A stretch of 64,000 bases of DNA from an uncultured Actinomycetes bacterium (GTDB lineage: Bacteria > Actinomycetota > UBA4738 > HRBIN12): contig OY969934.1 in NCBI GenBank assembly GCA_963704725.1, positions 1,120,001 to 1,184,000 of the forward strand, given 5' to 3'. Positions 1-10,708 of this stretch are shown here, piece after piece. The translations under genes and the position numbers were made by a program. Every line of letters starts with the position of its first letter. The stretch's first letter is position 1. The notes below the pieces were generated by a model, which saw only the letters and a list, made by a program, of their open reading frames with translations, ran no database searches and was not told the DNA's origin.

Positions 1-1055
1 AGGAGGAGGGCTTCCCGGGCTCCGACTACTTCGCCGGCCTCGACCCGGGGTTCGCCAAGGTGGTCGACGAGAAGATGTCGCGGGACGTGAGACCGATCGG
101 GGAGCGCGCCGGCGGTCTGACGGAGGAGGCCGCGGCGTGGACGGGGCTGCTGCCGGGAACGGCCGTCGCCGTCGCCAACGTCGACGCGCACGTCTCGGTG
201 CCGGCGGCCACCGTGACGACGCCCGGCCGGATGGTCGCCATCATGGGCACGAGCATCTGCCACCTGGTCCTCGGCGATCGCGCGGCGACCGTCGAGGGCA
301 TGTGCGGCGTCGTCGAGGACGGCGTGATCCCCGGGCTGTTCGGGTTCGAGGCCGGCCAGTCCGGCGTGGGCGACATCTTCGCGTGGTTCGTCGACAACGC
401 GGTGCCCCCCGAGTACCACGCGATCGCCGCGGCCGAGGACGTCGACGTGCACACCGTCCTGGAGCGCGAGGCCGCCGCGCTGCGCCCGGGGGAGTCCGGG
501 CTGCTCGCGCTGGACTGGTGGAACGGGAACCGGTCCGTCCTGGTCGACGTGGACCTCACCGGGCTCCTCGTCGGCGCGACGCTCTCGACGACGGCGCCGG
601 AGATCTACCGGGCGCTGATCGAAGCGACCGCGTTCGGCACGCGGGTCATCGTGGACTCCTTCGAGGCGGCGGGCGTGCGGGTCGAGGAGATCGTGGCGTG
701 CGGGGGGCTCCCGGACCGCAACCGGCTCCTGATGCAGATCTACGCGGACGTGACCGGCCGCGAGTTCCGCATCGCGGCGTCGAGCCAGACGCCCGCGCTC
801 GGCTCCGCGATGTTCGGCGCGGTCGCGGCCGGCGCCGCGGCGGGCGGGTACGACAGCATCGTCGACGCGGCGGCCGCGATGGCCCGGCTGCGGGACGAGC
901 GCTACGTGCCGAACCCCGAGCATCGCGCCACGTACGACGAGCTGTTCGCGGAGTACGTCGCGCTGCACGACTACTTCGGGCGAGCTCCGGACGGCGTGAT
1001 GAAGACGCTGAAGGCGATCCGCGCTCGCGAGCGCGTGCGGACGGCTCCCGCCTAG
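1..1055 (+). CDS. araB: L-ribulokinase, 5' end outside the window
   Basis: FGGY kinase motifs [40 protein letters not shown]; frame open to the window start; next to araA. Confidence 0.9.
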   Translation, partial: EEGFPGSDYFAGLDPGFAKVVDEKMSRDVRPIGERAGGLTEEAAAWTGLLPGTAVAVANVDAHVSVPAATVTTPGRMVAIMGTSICHLVLGDRAATVEGMCGVVEDGVIPGLFGFEAGQSGVGDIFAWFVDNAVPPEYHAIAAAEDVDVHTVLEREAAALRPGESGLLALDWWNGNRSVLVDVDLTGLLVGATLSTTAPEIYRALIEATAFGTRVIVDSFEAAGVRVEEIVACGGLPDRNRLLMQIYADVTGREFRIAASSQTPALGSAMFGAVAAGAAAGGYDSIVDAAAAMARLRDERYVPNPEHRATYDELFAEYVALHDYFGRAPDGVMKTLKAIRARERVRTAPA

Positions 1056-1062
1056 CGCCCGG

Positions 1063-2565
1063 TCAGAGCCCGCCGGCCAGGTGGTGGTACGCCTGGGTCC
1101 AGCGGAGCTCGTTGCGGAAACGGCTCGCCACGGTCTCGGCGGTGATCGTGGCGAGCTCGACCCCCGCGATCTCGGCCAGGTCGTCCAGGGCCTGGAGGCC
1201 GAGGGCCTGCGTGAAGCACGTGTGGTGCGGTCCGCCGGCCGTGAGCCACGCCTCCGCCGCGGTCGGAAGATCGGGCCGGGGCTCCCACACCGCCCGCGCC
1301 ACCGGGAGCCGAGGCAGGTCCGCCTCCGGCTCGACCACGTCGATCTCGTTGGCCACCAGCCGCAGCCTCGTGCCGAGGTCGACGAGCCCCACCACGAACC
1401 CGGGGCCCGGCGGAGCGGTGAACACCAGCCGGACGGGATCCTCGCGCCCGCCGATCGCCAGGGGGTGGATCTCGCACGTCGGCAGGCCGGCCGCGATGCT
1501 CGGGCAGACCTCGAGCATGTGGGCGCCGAGGACCTGCGGCGACTCGGCCCCGAGGTTGTACGTGTAGTCCTCCATGAACGAGGTCCCGCCGTCCAGGCCG
1601 GCGCTCATCACCTTCACGATCCGAACCAGGATGGCGGTCTTCCAGTCGCCCTCGGCGCCGAAGCCGTAGCCGTCGGCCATGAGGCGCTGCACGGCGATGC
1701 CGGGGAGCTGCCGGAGCCCGGCCAGGTCCTCGAACGTGTCGGTGAACGCGTTCGCCCCGACGTCCTCGAGGAACGCGCGCAGGGCCAGCTCGATCCGCGC
1801 GGCGTCCCGGAGCGACTCGTGCCGCTCCTCGCCCCGGCGGAGCTCGGGGACCACGTCGTACTCGTCCTCGTAGACCTTGGCCAGGAGCTCGACCTCGGCG
1901 TCCTCGACCTGGGCGACGCGCTCGACCAGCTCGCCGACGCCGTACCCGTTCACCGAGACGCCCAGCCGGATCTGGGTCTCCACCTTGTCGCCCTCGGTCA
2001 CCGCCACGTTCCGCATGTTGTCGCCGAGCCGCGCGACGCGAAGCCGCTGCGCCTCGGCCCATCCCATCGCCGCGCGGGTCCAGGTTCCGACGCGCCGCTG
2101 CACTCCTGGGTCCTCCCAGTGCCCGACGACCGTCTTGCGGCGGTGTCCCATGCGGGTGGCGAGGTAGCCGAACTCACGGTCGCCGTGGGCGGACTGGTTC
2201 AGGTTCATGAAGTCCATGTCGATCTCGGCCCATGGGAGATCGCGGTTGTGCTGCGTGTGCAGGTGCAGGAGGGGCTTGCCCAGCGAGCCCAGGCCGGCGA
2301 TCCACATCTTCGCCGGCGAGAACGTGTGCATCCACGCGATCACCCCGATGCACCGAGGGTCCGCGTTCGCCTCCAGACACAGGCTGCGGATCGCGTCCGC
2401 CGTCTTCAGCACGGGCTTGGGGACGACGGCGACCGGGATGGCCGTCGACGCAGAGAGCCCCGCCACGATCCTGGAGGACTGCTCCTCGACGCGGCGGAGC
2501 GTCTCGTCGCCGTACAGATCCTGGCTGCCGGTGACGAACCAGACCTCGAGCGCGTCGCGATCCAT
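1063..2565 (-). CDS. araA: L-arabinose isomerase
   Basis: [62 protein letters not shown]; 500 aa. Confidence 0.97.
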   Translation of the reverse strand: MDRDALEVWFVTGSQDLYGDETLRRVEEQSSRIVAGLSASTAIPVAVVPKPVLKTADAIRSLCLEANADPRCIGVIAWMHTFSPAKMWIAGLGSLGKPLLHLHTQHNRDLPWAEIDMDFMNLNQSAHGDREFGYLATRMGHRRKTVVGHWEDPGVQRRVGTWTRAAMGWAEAQRLRVARLGDNMRNVAVTEGDKVETQIRLGVSVNGYGVGELVERVAQVEDAEVELLAKVYEDEYDVVPELRRGEERHESLRDAARIELALRAFLEDVGANAFTDTFEDLAGLRQLPGIAVQRLMADGYGFGAEGDWKTAILVRIVKVMSAGLDGGTSFMEDYTYNLGAESPQVLGAHMLEVCPSIAAGLPTCEIHPLAIGGREDPVRLVFTAPPGPGFVVGLVDLGTRLRLVANEIDVVEPEADLPRLPVARAVWEPRPDLPTAAEAWLTAGGPHHTCFTQALGLQALDDLAEIAGVELATITAETVASRFRNELRWTQAYHHLAGGL

Positions 2566-2614
2566 GGCTAGCCCACCTCCGGGGAGTGTCGGTTCGAGTC
2601 CGCGCGCACCGGGA

Positions 2615-3628
2615 TCAGCGCTCGAACCGGCGCTGCAGGACGACGTGGATCGTGACGGCGCCGACGATGATCCCGCCGTAGATCACGTCCGTCCAGTACG
2701 CCGCGACGCCCATCGCCACGAGCCCGGCCTGGATCGCGCCGATCATGAACGCCCCGATGAACGTTCCCCAGACCGTCCCTCGACCTCCGAACACCGACGT
2801 GCCGCCCACGAAGACCGCCGCCAGGGCGGGCAGGAGGTACGCGCTCCCCACGCCCGGGTAGAAGTTCGAGACCTGAAGGCTCTGCATCACGCCGGCGAGG
2901 GCGGAGGCCATGCCGACGAGCACGAACATCCGGACCCGGGTGCTCCGGATGGGGATCCCCATGAGCTGCGCCGCCGGACGGTTGTCCCCGATGACGTGGC
3001 CGTTCTGGCCGAGGCGATGCCGGAACAGCAACACCCACGTCCCGATCGCGATCAGCACCAGCCAAACGAACTGCATCGGGACGCCGAGGAGCCGTCCGTC
3101 GAGGATCCTGTACGCCGTCGAGTCCCGCGCATCGACCAGCGCGTAGCTCTTGCCGCTGACGAGGGCGAGCGTCAGCCCCCGGTACAGGAACTGCGTTCCG
3201 ATCGTCGCCACCAGGGCCGGGATGCCGATCACGGTGACGACGAGCCCGTTCAGCAGGCCGGCGATCGCGCCGACCGAGAGGGCGGTCAGGACCGCCAGCT
3301 CGGCGCTCCCCGTCGTCCGCTCGACGGCGACGAACCCGACCATGCCGAGCCCGTAGATCGAGATGAACGAGAGGTCGATGTCGCCGCTCACGATGACCAT
3401 CGTGAGCAGGAGCGCGGGGAGCGCGAAGTACGGTGTCGTCTGCGCGAACGAAACGTAGATGCGGTTGTCCAGGAACGTATTCGGGGCCAGGACGATGAAC
3501 GCCGCCCACAGGAGGAAGAAGGCGACGGTGATGCCGATCTGCGAGGCATACGCTGTGGCGAACGATCGGACCGTCCAGCGCCGCTGGTATCCGGCCGCCT
3601 CCTCGACGTTCTCCACCGCCGCCGTCAC
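2615..3628 (-). CDS. monosaccharide ABC transporter permease (RbsC/AraH family)
   Basis: [31 protein letters not shown]; GTG start at 3628 overlaps the upstream TGA (GTGA). Confidence 0.9.
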   Translation of the reverse strand: MTAAVENVEEAAGYQRRWTVRSFATAYASQIGITVAFFLLWAAFIVLAPNTFLDNRIYVSFAQTTPYFALPALLLTMVIVSGDIDLSFISIYGLGMVGFVAVERTTGSAELAVLTALSVGAIAGLLNGLVVTVIGIPALVATIGTQFLYRGLTLALVSGKSYALVDARDSTAYRILDGRLLGVPMQFVWLVLIAIGTWVLLFRHRLGQNGHVIGDNRPAAQLMGIPIRSTRVRMFVLVGMASALAGVMQSLQVSNFYPGVGSAYLLPALAAVFVGGTSVFGGRGTVWGTFIGAFMIGAIQAGLVAMGVAAYWTDVIYGGIIVGAVTIHVVLQRRFER

Positions 3629-4569
3629 GACGCTCCTTCCACCTCGCCTGTTCGATCCTCGTCGCCGCCGGGCCGACGCCGCTCGGGCTCGGCGAAGCTC
3701 CCCGTGGCGGCCACGGCGCGCATGATCTCGGTGACCTCCTCGAGCGTGTATCGCGACGTCGGGAAGTCGGCGGCGACCTTGCCACGATCGAGCACCACGA
3801 TCCGATCGGCCACGGAGTAGACGTGGAAGATGTTGTGGTCGATGAAGATGGCCGACTTGCCCGCCGTCTTGATGCCCTTGACGAAGTGCAGGAGCTTGTC
3901 GGTCTCCTTCAGCGAGAGCCCCATCGTCGGCTCGTCGAGGATGATGATGTCGGCCTCGAAGTGCAGGGCCCGGACGATCGCCAGACCCTGACGTTCGCCG
4001 CCGGACAACCCGGTGACGTGGGTGTCGGGCGTCAGCACGGCCGACGTGAACCCCATCGACTCGCCCATCAGCTCGGCCGTGATCCGACGCATCCTGCGCA
4101 CGTCGAGGAAGCCCAGCCCGCGGCTGATGGGCCGACCCATGAAGATGTTGCGCCACAGCGAGAGCTGCTCGGCCAGGGCCCGCTCCTGGTACACGGTCTC
4201 GACGCCCAGGCCCCGGGCCCGTTCGACCGTGAGCCCCCGGACCTCCTGCCCGCCGAACAGGATCTGCCCGCTGTCCGGCTGGTGCACACCCGTGACGATC
4301 TTGATCACGGTGGACTTGCCGGCCCCGTTGTCCCCGACGACCCCGAGCACCTCGCCGGCGGACAGCGCGAAGCTCACGTCCTTGAGGACCCGGACGCCGC
4401 CGAACGACTTGTGGATGTGGCGGAGCTCGACGGCCACCCGTCCATCCGCGCTGCCCGTCACCTGTGCCTCACCGGGCGGCAGTGTCGCACGCGCCGTGGT
4501 GAGCCGAGGCCGGCGAGCGCTCAGCTCGCCGGCCTCAGAACCGCTCACCTCGGCGTCACCGCCCTCCAT
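3625..4569 (-). CDS. sugar ABC transporter ATP-binding protein (single NBD)
   Basis: Walker A GDNGAGKS, LSGGERQ, IILDEPT, H-loop; ATG at 4569 overlaps the binding-protein stop (TGATG). Confidence 0.9.
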   Translation of the reverse strand: MEGGDAEVSGSEAGELSARRPRLTTARATLPPGEAQVTGSADGRVAVELRHIHKSFGGVRVLKDVSFALSAGEVLGVVGDNGAGKSTVIKIVTGVHQPDSGQILFGGQEVRGLTVERARGLGVETVYQERALAEQLSLWRNIFMGRPISRGLGFLDVRRMRRITAELMGESMGFTSAVLTPDTHVTGLSGGERQGLAIVRALHFEADIIILDEPTMGLSLKETDKLLHFVKGIKTAGKSAIFIDHNIFHVYSVADRIVVLDRGKVAADFPTSRYTLEEVTEIMRAVAATGSFAEPERRRPGGDEDRTGEVEGAS

Positions 4570-5624
4570 CAGCGGATCTGCTGCTCCACCAGGGGGGCGA
4601 TCTGATCGATGTTCGAGGCGTCGACGAAGCCGCCGCCCGTGTTCACGAACAGGCCGCTGAACCCGTAGTTGTGCGTCAGGCACAGCTGCTCGACCGCCAG
4701 GAACCCCTGGAGGTACTGCTGCTGGTCGATCACCAGGTCGACGAACCCGTCCTGCACGCCCTTCACGGTCGCCGGCGAGAGGTCGAACCCCGCCGCGTAC
4801 AGGTCGTCGGGCCCCAGGTTCGCCGACTCCATGTAGGTCGGGATCGTCGAGGTCAGGTTGCCGTGGTCGATGAAGATGGCCTTGGTGTCCGGGTTGGCGG
4901 ACATGTAGCCGGTGAAGGTCGAGACCCCCGCCGCCGGGTCGGCGTTCGTGGCGTCGTCGATCTCCTGGTACTGGACGTCCATGCCGGCCTCATCGAGGCC
5001 GTCGATGATGCCCTGCGTCCGCTCCCCGCGGCCGGGCTGTGCCACCAGACCCCACACGAAGACCTTGTCGCCGGACTGCAGCCCGCCCCGATTGATGGCC
5101 TCCTGTGCAAGGGCGAACCCGGCGTCGTGCAGCACCGCGCCGACGTAGCCGGTGCCGTCGGCGGCGTACTTCGCCTCCGCCGTCGGCAGCTCGGTGTTCA
5201 TGACCGTCACCAGGATCCCCTGGCTCCTGGCGTCGTCGATCAGCGGGTCGAAGGCGTCGTCACCGGGGTGCCCCATGATGGCGATGCCGTCCGGGCTCGT
5301 CGCCATGGCCTCCGAGAACTGCTGGGTCATCTTCTGGGGGTCCCAGTCGGACCACGTGTAGGTCACGTTCGGGCCGAAGGCCTCCTGGGCCGCCTTCGCC
5401 CCGTTGTAGACGACGGTCTCGAAGCCGCCGCCCTCCGTGCCGCCCGGGAAGAAGACGATGTTCATGTCCTTGCAGAACTGCCCCGCGCTCGATGCGGCGT
5501 TGTCGGACGAGTTGGACCCGCCACCGTCGTCGCTGGTGCATGCCGCGAGCGCGAGCGCGAACGCCGCCAGCAGCGCGAGGATCCGCCAGGACCCCCGTGC
5601 GTGGCGCGGCCGGGCTCTACTCAT
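4569..5624 (-). CDS. sugar ABC substrate-binding lipoprotein
   Basis: lipobox LAAC, Peripla_BP-type sequence (PDGIAI, AGFDL, IDQQQYLQGF); GGAGG RBS. Confidence 0.88.
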   Translation of the reverse strand: MSRARPRHARGSWRILALLAAFALALAACTSDDGGGSNSSDNAASSAGQFCKDMNIVFFPGGTEGGGFETVVYNGAKAAQEAFGPNVTYTWSDWDPQKMTQQFSEAMATSPDGIAIMGHPGDDAFDPLIDDARSQGILVTVMNTELPTAEAKYAADGTGYVGAVLHDAGFALAQEAINRGGLQSGDKVFVWGLVAQPGRGERTQGIIDGLDEAGMDVQYQEIDDATNADPAAGVSTFTGYMSANPDTKAIFIDHGNLTSTIPTYMESANLGPDDLYAAGFDLSPATVKGVQDGFVDLVIDQQQYLQGFLAVEQLCLTHNYGFSGLFVNTGGGFVDASNIDQIAPLVEQQIR

Positions 5625-5708
5625 CACGCGTCCTCCTTGCTCGAGAAGCTGCGGGCTCGGTGCCGTCACTGGGTTGAGCCGATACGCCTCCCCCCTTCGC
5701 GAGGACGC

Positions 5709-5747
5709 TTGCATTCGAGTGTATGCAAACGTATTCTCGCATGTCAA
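5709..5747. promoter_or_regulatory. overlapping divergent sigma-70 promoters with a possible LacI-type operator
   Basis: minus strand TTGACA(5747-5742)-N18-TACACT(5723-5718); plus strand TTGCAT(5709-5714)-N17-TATTCT(5732-5737); central TGCAAACGTATTC resembles a LacI/cre box. Confidence 0.6.
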
Positions 5748-5807
5748 GGCAGGTCGGTCCATCCTCTCGACACAGATCACGACGGGTCACGAGGAGGAGG
5801 TCAGCAG

Positions 5808-6526
5808 ATGCCCTCGCTCGAGCTTCGCGAACGGGTCGCACGGGCGAACCGGAGGCTGGTCTCCGAGGGGCTCGTCGCGCTGTCCTTCGGAAACGCGAGC
5901 GGGGTGGACCGGGCCGAGGGGGTCCTCGTCATCAAGCCGAGCGGGGTGGCGTGCGACGCGGTCGAGCCGGGCGACCTGGTGGTGGTCTCCCTCGAGAACG
6001 GAAGCGTCGTCGAGGGGTCGATGCGCCCGTCCTCCGACACCCCGACGCACCTCGTCCTGTACCGCCGCTTCGCCTCGATCGGGGGCGTGGTCCACACCCA
6101 CTCGCCCTTCGCGTCGGCGTGGGCGCAGGCCGGGAGGGCGATCCCCTGCTTCGGCACCACGCACGCCGATCATTTCCGCGGGCCGGTGCCCGTCACGCGC
6201 CCGTTGACCGCGAGTCCGAGATCGGCGGCGACTACGAGGGGGCGACGGGCGACGTGATCGTGGAGACGCTCCAGGGCCTGGGCCTCGACGCGGCGTCGAT
6301 GCCGGCCGCGCTCGTCGCGTCGCACGGTCCGTTCACGTGGGGAGCCGATCCCGTCGACGCGGCGACGAACGCCGTCGCGCTGGAGGCGGTGGCCGCCATG
6401 GCCTGGCGGACGCTGGCGCTCTCGCCGGGGGCGGAGCCGATCGGGGAGTCCCTGCTGGCACGGCACTTCGGCCGCAAGCACGGCCCGGACGCGTACTACG
6501 GCCAGCCGGGCGGCGACGGAGGCTGA
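5808..6526 (+). CDS. araD: L-ribulose-5-phosphate 4-epimerase, one frameshift near 6210
   Basis: SFGNASG, IKPSG, PSSDTPTH, HTHS, GTTHADHF in one frame; EIGGDYE, SHGPFTWG, RKHGPDAYYGQ in the next frame. Confidence 0.9.
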
Positions 6527-6529
6527 CGA

Positions 6530-7684
6530 TCAGGCGGCCGAGGCCGGTAGGGGCAGGGCCGAGGCGCCGTCGCTCGCGCGGCACGGATACGTCTCGCAGG
6601 TGAGCCCGGTAGCTCGCGCGTAGGCGCTCGCCACGGCGGGGCCGAACACTCCGACGGCCTCCCGGTCCACGAGCGCGACCGCGCACCCCGCGAAGCCTCC
6701 GCCCGTGAGCCGGGCCCCGAAGCACCCGGGGGCCGACCGGGCCGCCTCGACGATGGCGTCGAGGGCCTCGCTCGAGAGCTCGAAGTCGTCCCGCATGCTC
6801 CGGTGGCTGTCGCTCATCAGCGCGCCGACCGTCTCGGCGTCGCCGGCTCGCATCGCCTCGGCGGCGGCGAGGGTCCGGGCGTTCTCGGTGACGACGTGGC
6901 GGGCGCGCCGCGCCAACGGCTCGGGGAGGTCGGCGGCTCGCGAGCGCAGGTCCGGCTCGGTGACGTCGCGCAGGGAGCCCACGCCGAGCGCGAGCGCCGC
7001 GGCCTCGCACTCGCGGCGCCGGTCGTGGTACCCGGAGCTGCCGAGCTCGCGGCGCGTGCCGGTGTCGAGGACGACGATGCCGGCGCGATCCGGTATCGGA
7101 ACCCACTCCGGCTCGAGGGTCCGGCAGTCCAGCAGGATGGCGTGGCCCTGCCGGCCGCGTGCCGAGGCGAGCTGATCCATGAGCCCCGAGGCCACGCCGA
7201 CCCATCGATTCTCCGCCCGCTGGCACAGGCGCGCCATCGCCGTGGGCTCCCAGGGGAAGCCCGACGTCGTCGCGAACGCCTGGGCCGTCGCGAGCTCGAG
7301 CGCCGCGGACGAGGACAGGCCCGCTCCCACCGGGACGTCGCTCGCGATCGCGCCGTCCCAGCCGACGAGGCGGTGGCCGGCCTCGGACAGCGCCCAGGCC
7401 ACCCCCTGCAGGTACGCCCCCCACCCCTCCGCCCGGGGCTCGAAGCGGTCGAGCGCGATCGTGCGGCTCCCGAGCTCCTGCGACCGGACGTCGATCCGGG
7501 CCTCGGTGCGGGCCCGCAGGGCGATGCACAGGTCCCGGTCGATGGCGGCGGGCAGCACGAACCCCTCGTTGTAGTCCGTGTGCTCGCCGATCAGGTTGAC
7601 CCGACCCGGCGCGCGAAGGAGCGCGTGGGGCTCCGACCCGAACTCGGCTCGGAACAGCCGCACGGCCCGCGCGCTCGCCTCCAC
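6530..7684 (-). CDS. galK: galactokinase
   Basis: APGRVNLIGEHTDYN, VPVGAGLSSSAA, GLMDQ, GARLTGGGFAG; GTG start just after the galT stop. Confidence 0.95.
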   Translation of the reverse strand: MEASARAVRLFRAEFGSEPHALLRAPGRVNLIGEHTDYNEGFVLPAAIDRDLCIALRARTEARIDVRSQELGSRTIALDRFEPRAEGWGAYLQGVAWALSEAGHRLVGWDGAIASDVPVGAGLSSSAALELATAQAFATTSGFPWEPTAMARLCQRAENRWVGVASGLMDQLASARGRQGHAILLDCRTLEPEWVPIPDRAGIVVLDTGTRRELGSSGYHDRRRECEAAALALGVGSLRDVTEPDLRSRAADLPEPLARRARHVVTENARTLAAAEAMRAGDAETVGALMSDSHRSMRDDFELSSEALDAIVEAARSAPGCFGARLTGGGFAGCAVALVDREAVGVFGPAVASAYARATGLTCETYPCRASDGASALPLPASAA

Positions 7685-7685
7685 G

Positions 7686-8756
7686 CTATCCGCCGTCGTC
7701 GCCCGGGCCGGCCATGAAGTGCTCCTCCGGCTGGGCCCGGAGCCGGTCGGCCGCCGCCTCCGGGGTGAGGTCCCGGGCCGCCTCGCCGAGCAGCTCGTAC
7801 CCCGCCATGAACTTGCGGGTCGTGGCCGAGCGCAGCAGCGGCGGGAAGACGTGCGCGTGGAGCTGCCAGTGCTCGTCGTCACCCTCGGGTCCCGGCGCGG
7901 CGTGCCACCCCATGGAGTAGGGGAACGATCGCCGGAACAGGTTGTCGTACCTGGCGAGGAGCCGCCGCAGGAGCTCGGCCAGCGAGCGCCGCTCGGCGTC
8001 GTCCAGGTTCGCGAACCGCGGGACGTGACGACGGGGGATCACCAGGGTCTCGAACGGCCACACGGCCCAGAAGGGCACGACCGCGAGCCAGTCGGGGCCG
8101 TCGACGACGACCCGTGCGCCGTCGCGGATCTCGAGCTCCGCGTACTCGATCAGCAGCGGCGTCCCCGACGCCTGGCGCGCCGCGCGCTGGAGCGCATCCT
8201 CGACGGCGGGCTCGTCGGGGAGGTGGGCGCTGGCCCACAGCTGTCCGTGGGGGTGCGGGTTCGACGCCCCCATGTCCTGCCCCCGGTTCTCGAACACCAG
8301 CACCGACCGGTAGCGGGGGCTGAGCTCGGCGACCTGGTCGACCCACAGGTCGATCACCGCTCGGATCTGCGGCACCGACATCCGCGCCAGCTCGAGGTCG
8401 TGACGCGGCGAGAAGCAGAGCACCCGGCAGGTGCCCGGCCCGGTCTCGGTCTGCAGCAGCGAGCCCCCGCCCAGGGACGCCGGGGCGGTGTTCGGGTCCA
8501 GGGCGGCGAAGTCGTTGGTGAAGGCGAAGGTGCCCTCGTAGTCGGGGTTGCGCGCCCCGCCGGCTCGCTCGTTCCCCGGACACAGGTAGCACCCCGGGTC
8601 GTACCGAGGGCGTTCGTCGACGCCGGGCGCTTCCTGCTTCCCGAGCCACGGGCGGGCCGTTCGATCCGGCGAGACGAGCACCCATCGCCCGTTGAGCGGG
8701 TTCCGCCGGCGATGGGGGGACTCGGGTAACGCCGCCAGGTGCGACTCGAGGGGCAT
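7686..8756 (-). CDS. galT: galactose-1-phosphate uridylyltransferase
   Basis: HRRRNPL, CYLCPGN, FENRG, GASNPHPHGQ (HPH active site), PFWAVWPFE, KFMAGYE. Confidence 0.95.
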   Translation of the reverse strand: MPLESHLAALPESPHRRRNPLNGRWVLVSPDRTARPWLGKQEAPGVDERPRYDPGCYLCPGNERAGGARNPDYEGTFAFTNDFAALDPNTAPASLGGGSLLQTETGPGTCRVLCFSPRHDLELARMSVPQIRAVIDLWVDQVAELSPRYRSVLVFENRGQDMGASNPHPHGQLWASAHLPDEPAVEDALQRAARQASGTPLLIEYAELEIRDGARVVVDGPDWLAVVPFWAVWPFETLVIPRRHVPRFANLDDAERRSLAELLRRLLARYDNLFRRSFPYSMGWHAAPGPEGDDEHWQLHAHVFPPLLRSATTRKFMAGYELLGEAARDLTPEAAADRLRAQPEEHFMAGPGDDGG

Positions 8757-8783
8757 CTGCGCGTGACGATACGATGTGCCGAC

Positions 8784-9599
8784 GTGGCCATCATCACCGC
8801 CTCGATCCTCGACGCCGACTACTCGCGGCTCGAGCACGAGGTCACCCGCGTGTCGGCCGCCGGCGTCGACGCGTTCTCCCTCGACGTGATGGACGGGCAC
8901 TTCGCGCCGCGGATCACGTTCGGCGACTACCTGGTGGCCCGGATCCGGGACTGGACGGATCGCCCCATCGAGATCCACCTCATGGTGGAGCGACCGGAGA
9001 CGTGGGTCACGCGGATGTGCGACGCGGGCGCGGACATGATCGTGTTCCACCTCGAGGCGGCCCGGGATCCGCTCGACGTGGTCGAGCGGGTCCGCGCCGA
9101 GCGGCGATCGGTGGGCGTCGCCCTGACCCAGGAGACCGCGGTCGACGAGCTGAGCGACGATCTCCTGGCCGAGATCGACCTGGTGAACCTTCTCGCGGTG
9201 CCCGTCGGCTTCGGCGGCGGTACCTCCGCCGGGGACACCTTCGAGCGCATCGCCGCCCTGCGAGGCAGAGCCGAGACGGGCGGCCACGAGCTCGGGATCG
9301 AGGTCGACGGGGGCGTGAAGCCGGCGACGGCGCCCGACTACGTTCGCGCCGGGGCGGACATGCTGACCGTGGGCACGGGCATCTACCGCGCGCCCGACGT
9401 CGAGGAGGCGGTGCGGACGCTGCGCGAATCCACGCGGGGACCCGAGGACGAGCGGGCCCGGCGCCGTCTGCGGCACTTCCTGTCCGTGCCGAGCGCCACG
9501 CCGGTCGACGATGCCGCTCGTCGTGCCCGCCTCGAGGGCTCCCGGGCCCTCCTCGACGTCCCCCCGACCGTCTGGGCTCCGGCGGGCCCCGCCCGCTGA
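8784..9599 (+). CDS. ribulose-phosphate 3-epimerase family protein, atypical, with C-terminal extension
   Basis: ASILDAD, DVMDGHFAPRITFG, IHLMV, FHLE, GFGG, IEVDGG; TACGAT -10 hexamer 8 nt before GTG (leaderless). Confidence 0.8.
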   Translation: MAIITASILDADYSRLEHEVTRVSAAGVDAFSLDVMDGHFAPRITFGDYLVARIRDWTDRPIEIHLMVERPETWVTRMCDAGADMIVFHLEAARDPLDVVERVRAERRSVGVALTQETAVDELSDDLLAEIDLVNLLAVPVGFGGGTSAGDTFERIAALRGRAETGGHELGIEVDGGVKPATAPDYVRAGADMLTVGTGIYRAPDVEEAVRTLRESTRGPEDERARRRLRHFLSVPSATPVDDAARRARLEGSRALLDVPPTVWAPAGPAR

Positions 9600-9688
9600 C
9601 CCCGGCCGAGGCCACCTCGACGGGGCCGGAGGCACGGGAGACCGGCGTTTCCCCTTAACCTTTCGCGACCCCCTCCGACGGTTCAACC

Positions 9689-10201
9689 ATGGGTCGACAT
9701 CCGCCCAGCGCAGGGCTCCGGGAGCTCATGGATCGGTTGTGGGTCGAGCGGTACCGGCTCGAGACGCTCGAGTTCAAGCTCGTCGCCGCCAAGCTCTTCC
9801 TGGCCTCCGACGTCCGGCGCTTCGTGGTCCCCGCGCTGAGCGAGGTGGAGCGCGCGGTCGAGCAGGTCCGCGCGGCCGAGCTCGGCCGGAGCCTGGCCGT
9901 GGCCAGGATCGCCGAGGACTGGCGCGTCCCGGCGGAGCGCGTGACGCTGGGCTACCTCGTGGACCACGCGCCCGAGCCGGCGGCGGAGATCTTCGAGGAG
10001 CACGGCGAGGCGTTCCTGGCTCTCACCACCGCGATCGAGGTTCTCGCCCTCGAGAACCGGCTGATGGCGCAGGACGCGCTCGATCACCTCCGGGAGACCA
10101 TCGACGATCTGGTGGGCGCCGACGTCCCTGCGGTGTGCGGGGCCTCCGGGCTCCGAGCCGACGATCCCCCGCGGCCCCGCAGCCTGGGCGGGATCGCCTG
10201 A
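9689..10201 (+). CDS. flgN: FlgN-like flagellar export chaperone (actinobacterial type)
   Basis: LW.ER..LE.L.FKL....L.LAS...R+....EVE......R..EL.R..A pattern, TL..L...APEP...IF.EH, EN..L; helical. Confidence 0.7.
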   Translation: MGRHPPSAGLRELMDRLWVERYRLETLEFKLVAAKLFLASDVRRFVVPALSEVERAVEQVRAAELGRSLAVARIAEDWRVPAERVTLGYLVDHAPEPAAEIFEEHGEAFLALTTAIEVLALENRLMAQDALDHLRETIDDLVGADVPAVCGASGLRADDPPRPRSLGGIA

Positions 10202-10395
10202 TGCCGGACCTCGTCTCCCTCGAGGATCCGCGCCCGGATCCGCATCCGGCGCGCCTCCGTCTCGAGGCCGATGCCGACGACGCGGACCCGGTCGGCTCCG
10301 CGATGGAGCTGCGCCTCCAAGAGGTCGCGTATCGAGCGACGGTGGCGGCGATGAGCGACGTGTTGCAGCCGTCGCTCGCGGATTTCCTCCGCTAG
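10201..10395 (+). CDS. 64-aa peptide resembling only the C-terminal helix of FlgL (flagellin_C-like)
   Basis: DADPVGSAMELRLQEVAYRATVAAMSDVLQPSLADFLR* matches the FlgL terminal motif (..QPSL.DFLR); ATG overlaps the flgN stop (TGATG). Confidence 0.7.
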   Translation: MPDLVSLEDPRPDPHPARLRLEADADDADPVGSAMELRLQEVAYRATVAAMSDVLQPSLADFLR

Positions 10396-10635
10396 TCACG
10401 AAGTGCGGGATTCCCCGCCGCGGCGCGCATTCGGCTTTCCCGACGGGCCCATCGGGATCCCGGCAACGCTCGGGACCTTTGGGGCGCAAGGCATCCCCGC
10501 ATCGGCCGACGTGGTCGACCGCAGGGGGTGCACGCCCAATCGCCGCACATCGCGGCGCTCGGCGACGCGCTCGGTGTCGCGGGGGGAGCGCCTCCCATCC
10601 CGCGTGCACATCGAGATTCGGCTCCCGTGAGCTAT

Positions 10636-10663
10636 GCAGCGAGGTGCCTCCGCTCGCCGATGA
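10636..10663 (+). promoter_or_regulatory. putative sigma-28 promoter upstream of the sigma-28 gene
   Basis: GCAG-N16-GCCGATGA, 45 nt before the ATG. Confidence 0.45.
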
Positions 10664-10708
10664 ACTGGGAGCACGACAACCCGACAACACCCGAGCAGGG
10701 GCGCGATC

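Noticed and set aside
9689-10395. RsiG-type c-di-GMP anti-sigma next to the sigma-28 gene
   Set aside because: Neither ORF has the E-x3-S-x2-R-x3-Q-x3-D motif, and they fit FlgN and the FlgL C-terminus better.
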